A stretch of DNA of 64,000 nucleotides, taken from positions 7,368-71,367 of the forward strand of contig MPNA01000003.1 in the NCBI GenBank assembly GCA_002238785.1. The letters run 5' to 3'. Of this stretch, positions 40,314 through 48,245 are shown in pieces (the stretch's first letter is position 1; each line of letters begins with the position of its first letter). The notes under the pieces are model-generated. The model saw nothing but the letters and a program-made list of their open reading frames with translations, made no database searches and had not been told where the DNA came from. A program made the translations under genes and the position numbers. Source of the DNA: a bacterium OM1 bin76. Its GTDB lineage: Bacteria > Actinomycetota > Acidimicrobiia > Spongiisociales > ZC4RG35.

Positions 40314-41524
40314 CAACCTCCTTGAGGTTCGAAAGACCATGCGGGCGTCACGGGCGATTGGGGATCGAAAAAGTAGAGACGGCTGTCCTGATTCGGGACG
40401 ATGTGCGTTTCCTTGCCGGCGCCAACCGGACGATCGCCGCTCAGCTTGATGACGAACCGGCTCTCCTCAGCCGTCTCCAACTGACTCAACACCGTGTCAT
40501 CAATGTCCTGGGCAATCTCACGAAGACCTTCGGTGACGACGGTGGGCGCCGCCACATCGACATGCACCAGTGTCTCCGAACCCAACACCTCCGAGAACCG
40601 CACCTTCACGGGTATGCCCTGATCCGATCCGTTGCCGGCAAATGTGAGATGTTCGGGACGAACACCGAGGATCACTTCTTTGCCATGAACATCGGAGCGC
40701 GGAGGGCCAGCCAGCAAACGAGATGGCAGTTCGAATATCTTTCCTTCCCCGTACACCATATGCACCCGGTCACCAACCACCTGCAGCCGTCCCTGGAGGA
40801 GGTTCATGGCCGGGGAGCCGATGAAGTCGGCCACGAACAGGTTGGCGGGTTCCCAATACAGTTCTCGGGGCGTTCCCACCTGTTGCAGCACCCCCCGCCT
40901 CAATACCGCGATGCGGTCCGCCATGGTCATCGCTTCCACCTGATCGTGCGTCACATAGATCATGGTCGAACCGAGGCGGCGTTGGAGTTGGCGAACTTCG
41001 GTGCGCATCTGGGTGCGCAATTTGGCGTCCAGATTCGAAAGCGGCTCATCCAGCAGAAAGACCCGCGGATCTCGCACCATGGCGCGTCCCATGGCCACCC
41101 GTTGGCGCTGGCCTCCGCTCAGTTGAGCCGGTTGCCTTTCCAATAGTTCACTCAGACTCAGCACATTGGCGGTTTCGCCAACCACCCGCTTCCGGACCGC
41201 TCTGGCCACATGCTGAAGCCTCAGGCTGAAACCCATGTTCTCCGCTACGGTCATGTGCGGGTACAGGGCGTAGTTCTGAAAGACCATGGCGATGTTGCGC
41301 TTGTCCGGGGAGACATCGTTCACCAGTTCCCCTCCGATGTGCAGGGAACCGGCCGATATCTCTTCAAGACCGGCGATCATTCTGAGAATGGACGACTTTC
41401 CACAGCCCGACGGCCCCACCAGCACCATCAACTCCCCCTCCTCGACGGTTAGATCCAAGCTGTCGACCGCCACCGTTCCGTCGAGGTAAACCTTCCATAC
41501 GTTTTCGAGAGTTACAAAAGTCAT
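40313..41524 (-). CDS. sugar ABC transporter ATP-binding protein (MalK/UgpC/MsmX type, with C-terminal TOBE domain)
   Basis: LVGPSGCGKSSILRMIAGLE...MVFQNYALYPHMTV...LSGGQRQRVAMGRAMV...FLLDEPLSNLDAKLR. Confidence 0.85.
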   Translation of the reverse strand: MTFVTLENVWKVYLDGTVAVDSLDLTVEEGELMVLVGPSGCGKSSILRMIAGLEEISAGSLHIGGELVNDVSPDKRNIAMVFQNYALYPHMTVAENMGFSLRLQHVARAVRKRVVGETANVLSLSELLERQPAQLSGGQRQRVAMGRAMVRDPRVFLLDEPLSNLDAKLRTQMRTEVRQLQRRLGSTMIYVTHDQVEAMTMADRIAVLRRGVLQQVGTPRELYWEPANLFVADFIGSPAMNLLQGRLQVVGDRVHMVYGEGKIFELPSRLLAGPPRSDVHGKEVILGVRPEHLTFAGNGSDQGIPVKVRFSEVLGSETLVHVDVAAPTVVTEGLREIAQDIDDTVLSQLETAEESRFVIKLSGDRPVGAGKETHIVPNQDSRLYFFDPQSPVTPAWSFEPQGG

Positions 41525-42246
41525 GTGGATACCCCCAGAGGCTTATCGAAAGAGGCGACGCTCTCGTCAACCTCCCGGCGAACGTAGTTGAGGCGACGAT
41601 CCCATTTCAACGAATCTGCCACGATTCGGTCTATGAACCGTGCGGTCAGATCAGGCGCCCTGGGCTGATCCAACTCCACCAAGACGACGCGATTGCCAGG
41701 AGAGTTGTAATACTGAACGGGCAGTCCCCGCACCGCTTTACCCCATTGGGCCCACTGACATCCGGGAATGCTGCGCAGCGCCGGCAGGTGCCTACGAATC
41801 ACCCAATCATCAAACTCCTTCTTTTGATCATCAGGTACCTCGAATCGTTGCATGAGCAAACATCCCTCCAATAATGGTTCTGGGTCCCCGGGCCACCGGG
41901 GCCCGAGCTGGTAGACATTTCCTGTGTAGGTGCTGTCATCCAATTCGTTGAACGAATCGAAGAATTGGCTTCCGTCTTCAATGGCCTCTGACAAGCCGGG
42001 ATCCTGCATCCACCGTTTGATCCCGGGGAGATCCTCGGCCCAGTAAGCCGCCATGCGGTTGCCGCTTCCCTGCCAGGCTTGTGGGATGCCGCACGTTCGG
42101 GTGGCGTAGTAACTAACCCGTTGGATTCCAGGCAAGGCCACCAGATCGACCAGATGCTTGGTTTGCTGCCACCGATCGAACTCCGAGAGGGCGTGCTGTT
42201 GCGGCCACGCCCGTGCTACCAACAAGGCGCCGAGGTGCGGTGTCAT
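41521..42246 (-). CDS. hypothetical protein, paralog of 45587..46369 (possible tandem Dabb/EthD-like alpha+beta-barrel domains)
   Basis: Lies between the permease and ATPase genes and is coupled by 1-nt overlaps. Shares QRFEVPDDQKKEFDDWVIRRHLP... and ...ADSLKWDRRLNYVRREV with the 45587 protein. Confidence 0.4.
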   Translation of the reverse strand: MTPHLGALLVARAWPQQHALSEFDRWQQTKHLVDLVALPGIQRVSYYATRTCGIPQAWQGSGNRMAAYWAEDLPGIKRWMQDPGLSEAIEDGSQFFDSFNELDDSTYTGNVYQLGPRWPGDPEPLLEGCLLMQRFEVPDDQKKEFDDWVIRRHLPALRSIPGCQWAQWGKAVRGLPVQYYNSPGNRVVLVELDQPRAPDLTARFIDRIVADSLKWDRRLNYVRREVDESVASFDKPLGVST

Positions 42247-43139
42247 CAGCGTCCTCCCAATCCTGAGAACAGGAATCCCTGTTTGAACCGCCTCTGCGCC
42301 AGAACGAACACCACCGCAACCGGCAGCACCATCAGCACCGTGGACATCATGAACAGAGCCCACTGAGGATCCCAGGTCGCCTGGTAGTTGGAGAGAATGC
42401 CCTGGGGAAGGGTCTTGCAAACCCTTGTTTGGCAGAACACCAGGGGCCCCAGCAGATCATTCCAGAAGTAGGCGAAATGCAGCATCCCCAGGGCCACCAG
42501 CACCGGAACCGCTTGGGGCATCAGCACCAACCACATGGTCCTCCATGGACCTGCGCCGTCGATCAGGGCGGCCTCGTCGAACTCTCGGGGAATGGTGAGG
42601 AAGAACTGGCGCATGAGGAATATCCCGTAGGGGGACCCTCCGAACCACCAGGGAAGGATCAGCGCCCAGTAGGTGTCCACCAGCCCGATCTTGCTGAACA
42701 ACAGGAACTTGGGGATGATGGTCGCCACGAACGGCATGATCAGCATGCCAACCGTGAGCGCGAAAATGACGTTCCGACCGGGAAAACGCATCCGCGCCAG
42801 CGCGAAGCCTGCCATTGATTCGGCTACCAACGCTCCCAGCGTGCCCAACCCCGCGTACAGAATGCTGTTCTTGGCAAAACCCCACAGCGGAGTGGCGGTT
42901 CCTTCCGGTGCCCGCGCAATGTTCTCGAATTTGATGGGGTCCGGTATCAACCCGGGTGGGAACACGAATTCCTTCCCGAGTTCCGAAAACGCCAGATAGA
43001 TCATGTAATAGACGGGAAGGATCATGACCAGAGCGATGAAAAGCATGCTCAGGTACCACAGGATCTTGCGTCGCTGCTGCAGGCTTTGAGCCAGGTTTCC
43101 AGTTGGGATCGGACGCGCCTTGGTTCGCAGGGCTGTCAT
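42246..43139 (-). CDS. carbohydrate ABC transporter permease (MalG/UgpE-like)
   Basis: Six TM segments and the EAA loop (…DEAALIDGAGPWRTMWLVLMP…). Confidence 0.8.
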   Translation of the reverse strand: MTALRTKARPIPTGNLAQSLQQRRKILWYLSMLFIALVMILPVYYMIYLAFSELGKEFVFPPGLIPDPIKFENIARAPEGTATPLWGFAKNSILYAGLGTLGALVAESMAGFALARMRFPGRNVIFALTVGMLIMPFVATIIPKFLLFSKIGLVDTYWALILPWWFGGSPYGIFLMRQFFLTIPREFDEAALIDGAGPWRTMWLVLMPQAVPVLVALGMLHFAYFWNDLLGPLVFCQTRVCKTLPQGILSNYQATWDPQWALFMMSTVLMVLPVAVVFVLAQRRFKQGFLFSGLGGR

Positions 43140-44098
43140 CTGGATCTGCCTTCGTAGTGGACCCACCAGCGCGACGTGCGAAAGATCAGGCCCGTGACGC
43201 AGGCGACAACTATGAATAGCACCCAGGACAGCGCCGAAGCATATCCCATCTCAAAGTCTTGGAAGGCGCGCCGGAAGATCAACAGCACCCAGAAAAGTGT
43301 GCGATTTGCCGGACCTCCGTCGGTCAGAACCCAAGCAATGTCGAACACCTGGAATGAGAGCACGATGCCAATGATGAGGTTGAACAAGATCACCGGGCTC
43401 AGCATCGGCAGGGTAACGTGCCAGAACCTGCGAACCGCCGATGCCCCATCCACCGTGATCGCTTCATACAGGTGAGTCGGGATCGACTGAAGTCCCGACA
43501 GGTAAACCAGAAAAGCCGATCCGATCGACCAGAACGTCAACATTCCCACCAAGGGCAATGCCTGCTGAGGACTTTGAAAAAACCCTTGTCGGGGGAGGCC
43601 CATCTCCTCCAGCAGGTAGTTGATCAGGCCAAAATCGGTGTTGAAGATCCACCCCCACAGCACGGCCGCCGCGAACAGCGGGATCAGGGACGGCAGGAAG
43701 ACGATCAGCCTGAACAAGCCCGATCCTCTCCCTGGCCGGTTGGCCAGCATCGCGACGAACAGCGACAGAACCACGTACATCAACAGGAAGAATGCCGTGT
43801 AATAAAGAGTCACCTTCAGAGCTTGGACAAACTCCCCGTCGGTGATCATCTTCTCGTAATTGTCAAAACCGGTGAACTCCGCCGGTGAGATGATGTTGTA
43901 ATCGGTGAACGACAGAATCGCCGAGGTTGCCACCGGCCCTAGGTAGAAAACCACCAGGCCGATGATCCATGGCGCAAGGAATGCATAGGCCACCAGGGTG
44001 CTCTTGCGCCTCCAGCGCAGCCTTGGTCTCTTGAATGCGGGGGACTCGGCCTGCGAGTCCCCCGCGTCCGCTCTGACAGTTTCTGTATTGGTGATCAT
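43136..44098 (-). CDS. carbohydrate ABC transporter permease (MalF/UgpA-like)
   Basis: …YEAITVDGASAVRRFWHVTLPML… EAA motif. Start placed at MITNTET (the upstream part of the track ORF is leader sequence). Confidence 0.8.
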   Translation of the reverse strand: MITNTETVRADAGDSQAESPAFKRPRLRWRRKSTLVAYAFLAPWIIGLVVFYLGPVATSAILSFTDYNIISPAEFTGFDNYEKMITDGEFVQALKVTLYYTAFFLLMYVVLSLFVAMLANRPGRGSGLFRLIVFLPSLIPLFAAAVLWGWIFNTDFGLINYLLEEMGLPRQGFFQSPQQALPLVGMLTFWSIGSAFLVYLSGLQSIPTHLYEAITVDGASAVRRFWHVTLPMLSPVILFNLIIGIVLSFQVFDIAWVLTDGGPANRTLFWVLLIFRRAFQDFEMGYASALSWVLFIVVACVTGLIFRTSRWWVHYEGRSR

Positions 44099-44114
44099 CG
44101 TCACCCGGGGCGGA

Positions 44115-45494
44115 TCAGGCCAGCGCTTCCGTGATTCTGTTCGCCGCGTCCTGGGTCGCTTCCTCCGCAGTAGCCTCACCGGCCCACAGCAGATCCAACG
44201 CTGCCCCGGCGGCGGTGTCCACCGCGAAGCCCTTGGTCGTGAACGGAGTCCACGTTCCGGCCTCGACCATGGCAACGGCATCCTTCTTCCACTGGACGTC
44301 GTTGAAGCCGGCAATCTCCAGGGAACTGCGCCGAGTCGGTGTGGCAACCTGGCTCCATATTTCAAGACCCCTGGTGTCCGTGATGGTCTTGGTGAAGGCC
44401 CACGCAGCTTCGGGATTCTCTGACTGGGAAGAAATCGAGATGGTTCCCAACTCGAGTTTTCCAGCCCTAACGCCGTTGAAACTGGGAAGAGCCGTCACGT
44501 CATAGTCGAAATCGACCGTTCCCGCCAGGGCGCCATACCACCATGGGCCCATCAGGTACATACCGGTCTGCTGGTTGCGGAAGGCCTCCAGGTGAGTTCC
44601 TCCGGCCACCACCGGGTTGGGCGACTTGCCGTCCTCGATGAGCTTGGCGAAGTAGCCCAGCATCTGGGGACTGGCGCCCTGATGGATGGTTGGCTCAAGG
44701 GCCTCGTTGATGATGGTCCCGCCACCCATGAAGCAGAAGGTGTCGTAGTTCCACGACTCGAAGGAGACCCCGAAACGCATGCCGTTGCCGATCAGCGCGT
44801 CGATCGAATTGGTGAAGGCCTCTTCATTCCACTCGCCGTTTTGGAAGAGCACCTGAGGGTCTTCCAAGCCTGCCGCCGAGAAGGCATCGCGGTTGTAATA
44901 GATCACATAGGGCTCGGTGTTGTCGGGCATTCCGTACGCCTTGCCGTTGACCAAGGTGCCCTCGACCGTGGTGGGAATGAAGTCACCCATGTCAAGCTCT
45001 TCAGCGTCCCGTGCGATGTAATCGTCGATTTGCAGGAGTGCTTCGCCTTCCGCGGTCAGCTGAGTCAACTGGAAGTTGAGCATCCGCATCACGTCCGGCG
45101 CGTTACCTGCCGCAAACCTGGCCAGCAGTTGCGGGTACTCCTCGTAACCGTTGGCGGCCAGCGGCTCCCAGTTGACTTGGACATTCGGATACTTGGTGTT
45201 GAAGTAGTCAATGCGCTGCTGGATTACCTCACCTTCCAAGCCGGCGCCCCAGGCCCAGAGCGTGATCTCGCCACCGATGTCGTCGGAATCGGGTGCGGCC
45301 GTGGTCGTAGGTGCGGCCGTGGTGGGCGCAGCAGTGGTCGCCGGGGCGGCCGTCGTGTCGGCGGTGTCATCGCCGCAGGCCGCCAGGAATGCTGCCGCGG
45401 CCGCGGCCGTACCGCCGAGGCGGATGAATTCGCGTCGGGACATTCCGGCCTGCTTGGCCCGCCGGATAATGTCCATTTCCTTGGATAATCGCAT
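44115..45494 (-). CDS. sugar ABC transporter substrate-binding lipoprotein (CUT1 family, Tat-type signal)
   Basis: MSRREFIRLGGTAAAAAAFLAACGDD (RR motif plus lipobox), a TTAAPTTAAP linker, and an SBP_bac_1-like body. Confidence 0.8.
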   Translation of the reverse strand: MRLSKEMDIIRRAKQAGMSRREFIRLGGTAAAAAAFLAACGDDTADTTAAPATTAAPTTAAPTTTAAPDSDDIGGEITLWAWGAGLEGEVIQQRIDYFNTKYPNVQVNWEPLAANGYEEYPQLLARFAAGNAPDVMRMLNFQLTQLTAEGEALLQIDDYIARDAEELDMGDFIPTTVEGTLVNGKAYGMPDNTEPYVIYYNRDAFSAAGLEDPQVLFQNGEWNEEAFTNSIDALIGNGMRFGVSFESWNYDTFCFMGGGTIINEALEPTIHQGASPQMLGYFAKLIEDGKSPNPVVAGGTHLEAFRNQQTGMYLMGPWWYGALAGTVDFDYDVTALPSFNGVRAGKLELGTISISSQSENPEAAWAFTKTITDTRGLEIWSQVATPTRRSSLEIAGFNDVQWKKDAVAMVEAGTWTPFTTKGFAVDTAAGAALDLLWAGEATAEEATQDAANRITEALA

Positions 45495-45586
45495 TTTGTA
45501 TTCCTTTCTTTATTGAGGCTGTGTACTCACTCGAAGCCACTGGGGCACCTGGGAGGCGCCTTGGGCACCCCTACGCTGCTCCAGGT

Positions 45587-46369
45587 TCAGACTGCCGAGG
45601 GAATGTGTGACAGGTCTCGGGCGATGAACTCCTCACACGCTTCACGGGTGATGTAGGGCAATACAGAGTCCCAGCGAAGCGAGTCTCGAAGTATCTTGTT
45701 GTAAGCGGAGTCTCTGACGAACTCTTTGGGATCCATATCCTCCTGCAACTCGCACCAGATCATCCGGTTTCCCTTGCCCAGGTAGCGGTTCCAGGGAAAG
45801 GCATAGTCGGCGGTTCGGTCCGCCCGGCATGTGCGGATCCTGACCCATCCGTCCAACTCTGCGTATCTTGCCAGATGGGGACCCTCGAGCCACTCGTCGA
45901 ACCCCTCGGCGTGCTCAGCACCGACCTCGAAGCGTTCGACCACACAGCCACCGCTGCCGACCTGGTCCCGTCCGATGGCGCCCACCACCTTGGAGACGCT
46001 CATCATCGTTCCGTTGAACGGCTCCTCCTCCAACGTTGGATACTTCGACTCTCGTTCCAGCGTGGGTTCGTCCAGTCCTCCGGTAACTACTTCGCTGCCG
46101 ATCCAAGCGTGCATGTCTGGGATGCTGGTGGCCACATAGGGAATGAAACGGGTGGCCTGGGAAGAGTTGAAGGCCGCTGGAAGACCACTCTCAGGATCGA
46201 AATCGCGAATTATCTTGTAGCTGGAGGCTCCCAGTACTGCATAGTGACGACCGAAGTCGTCGAAGTGCCAGGGGGTCCAACCGTCAAGCTCTTCTTGCAG
46301 AGGGGGAGGACAGTCGACACGACAGACCAGAAGCGGGCGCTCGTCGGGCGGAACACTTGCCATACTCAC
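45587..46369 (-). CDS. hypothetical protein, paralog of 41521..42246
   Basis: Shared C-terminal pattern …RDSLRWDSVLPYITREA… and ERFEVGAEHAEGFDEWLEGPHL…. Confidence 0.4.
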   Translation of the reverse strand: MSMASVPPDERPLLVCRVDCPPPLQEELDGWTPWHFDDFGRHYAVLGASSYKIIRDFDPESGLPAAFNSSQATRFIPYVATSIPDMHAWIGSEVVTGGLDEPTLERESKYPTLEEEPFNGTMMSVSKVVGAIGRDQVGSGGCVVERFEVGAEHAEGFDEWLEGPHLARYAELDGWVRIRTCRADRTADYAFPWNRYLGKGNRMIWCELQEDMDPKEFVRDSAYNKILRDSLRWDSVLPYITREACEEFIARDLSHIPSAV

Positions 46370-46638
46370 CTGCCTTTTTGCAACATTCGATCATTAGATG
46401 ACCGATCACTTAATGATCCATGCTAGGTTGAGTTACCGTTCACCGACTGCCGTAGGCTCGGTTTTTTTATCGATGAAGGTCGTCATTAGGTCGGCCGACT
46501 CCAAGTCAACAGGATGGCAGACCAGGGTTTCCCATTCACCACCCCACCTCTCGCCAGGATCAGGGGAACCTGCAGGGAAGACACCAAGACCGTTTGGCGT
46601 TGTTCTCAGATGAAACCGTGGTGGTCTAAGCCGCCTGC

Positions 46639-47730
46639 CTAGTCCAGCCGGACGCCGCTGGCTTCGGCTTCCGCCACCGCCGAAGAAACCTGCTCGGCAC
46701 GGCGAGTCCGCGCCGAGCGGAGGCCGGCTTCGATCACCGCGATCCCTAAAGCAGAGGGGACCGGGTCTCCATGATTCACTGCATTCGGGTAACCGAGAGC
46801 CAGATCGCAGAAACCATGCACCGGGAGAGTTCCCGGATAGAGAGTGGCGCCGTGCATCAAGGGAAGGGCGAAGTCTTCTCCGTCCTCACGAACCACCTCG
46901 ATGCGGTCCCGCTCCAGGTCAACGATCACGACTCCCTCTGTTCCGAACACCCTCACCTCCATATGGTGACGTTGGGATGTCGGGACCCCCGCTCCACCCG
47001 AGACCGACACCAGGGGACCCTGGCGGGTGGTGGACAGGAATGCGTCAAACAGGTCGCTGCCCGCCGGGCCCGCGGTAACCGCTCCCATTACTTCGGCAGG
47101 AATCAGACCGGTGAGCCAGAACACCAAGGAATAGAGATGGCTCAACTGCCCATAGGCATAGCCGCCGTCATCGCCGACCCAGGTTGACGGTTCCGGCGGA
47201 CTCTCCGCGCCGGGTATGGAGTCCTCCTCGCCAGAGAAAAGGCCTCTAGCAGGAGAGGCCATCTGGGCAACCACATGCTCCAAGCGGCCGATCCGACCTT
47301 CCCTGATCCACTCCCGCGCCGCTGCGGCCTGGGGAAGGAATTGCCATCCGTGCGGAACCAGCAGGACTACACCCTGTTCCTGGGCCCCTCTCACCATGTC
47401 GAAGGCGTCAGCGGCCGTGATGGCCAGCGGCTTCTCACACATTACGTGCAAGCCCCGGTCCAGGGCGGACATGGTTTGCTCGTGGTGAAAACTGTGCGGC
47501 GAGGAAACCACCACCGCATCCAGTTCGTCCCAAGGCAGGTGGTTGTGATCCTCGGTAGCGATAGGGGCGCCGAACCGGTCTGCAACTGCCTTTACCTCAG
47601 CGGCGCCCTTCCGGCAAACAGCCCGGACTTCCACATCAGGACGGGACGCAAGAACCGGAAGGTGGTTCTCCACCGCCCACCACCCGGCGCCGATCACGGC
47701 AACTCTCAGGGGGAATCGGTTCATGCCCAC
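46639..47730 (-). CDS. Gfo/Idh/MocA-family oxidoreductase
   Basis: LRVAVIGAGWWAVENHLPVLASRPDVEVRAVC…EKPLA. Confidence 0.8.
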   Translation of the reverse strand: MGMNRFPLRVAVIGAGWWAVENHLPVLASRPDVEVRAVCRKGAAEVKAVADRFGAPIATEDHNHLPWDELDAVVVSSPHSFHHEQTMSALDRGLHVMCEKPLAITAADAFDMVRGAQEQGVVLLVPHGWQFLPQAAAAREWIREGRIGRLEHVVAQMASPARGLFSGEEDSIPGAESPPEPSTWVGDDGGYAYGQLSHLYSLVFWLTGLIPAEVMGAVTAGPAGSDLFDAFLSTTRQGPLVSVSGGAGVPTSQRHHMEVRVFGTEGVVIVDLERDRIEVVREDGEDFALPLMHGATLYPGTLPVHGFCDLALGYPNAVNHGDPVPSALGIAVIEAGLRSARTRRAEQVSSAVAEAEASGVRLD

Positions 47731-47802
47731 ATGCAGAATTCTACATGGCGTGGGCCGCAGACGCCCTGGCTTCCTGAATTGCCGGTTGGAAGTGAGACTG
47801 CC

Positions 47803-48036
47803 CTAAATGAAGAAGCCGCTGACCAGTTCTGCGAGTACAGCTAGACCGATGGCCCCTCCCACCCATTTCATCCACTGCAAATCATTGTGGAGTACCGCCA
47901 CCGCGGCTTTCAGGTCTTCTCGGGTCGCCAGCAGGTCTTCTCGGGTCGCCAGGGGCTCCAAGGCCATGGCCAGCGCATTTGTCTGAGCCTCGCTGAATCC
48001 CGCCTCTCGGAGAGCCACTCGTTGAGTTGTCTTCAT
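47803..48036 (-). CDS. small coiled-coil protein with C-terminal TM helix (DUF1640-like)
   Basis: MKTTQRVALREAGFSEAQTNALAMALEPLATREDL…KWVGGAIGLAVLAELVSGFFI, 77 aa. Confidence 0.3.
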   Translation of the reverse strand: MKTTQRVALREAGFSEAQTNALAMALEPLATREDLLATREDLKAAVAVLHNDLQWMKWVGGAIGLAVLAELVSGFFI

Positions 48037-48169
48037 TTCCTAACGTCACCTCCCGTGTTCACCCTTCGTCACTTCCAGTCTAACCAGCGCCAGTCCCTCC
48101 CGCCGCCCGAAACAGGATGATTCTCAGAGGTCGAGGTGTCCAAGCCGCCGGTGGCGGACATGGCTCAAC

Positions 48170-48232
48170 GCGGATCCCGACCCTATTGGACCACGGCGAC
48201 GTATTCTGTGATCACCTGCTGGCCAGCAGCCT
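48170..48232. repeat. degenerate direct copy of the add 3-prime end (last ~15 codons plus ~10 nt of 3-prime flank)
   Basis: 48186-48232 (minus) encodes …AAGQQVITEYVAVVQ*, versus the add C-terminus …VALQQEITEYVASVL*. It shares an 18-nt identical core GCGACGTATTCTGTGATC with 53160-53215. Confidence 0.7.
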
Positions 48233-48245
48233 ATCGGGGCTCAGC

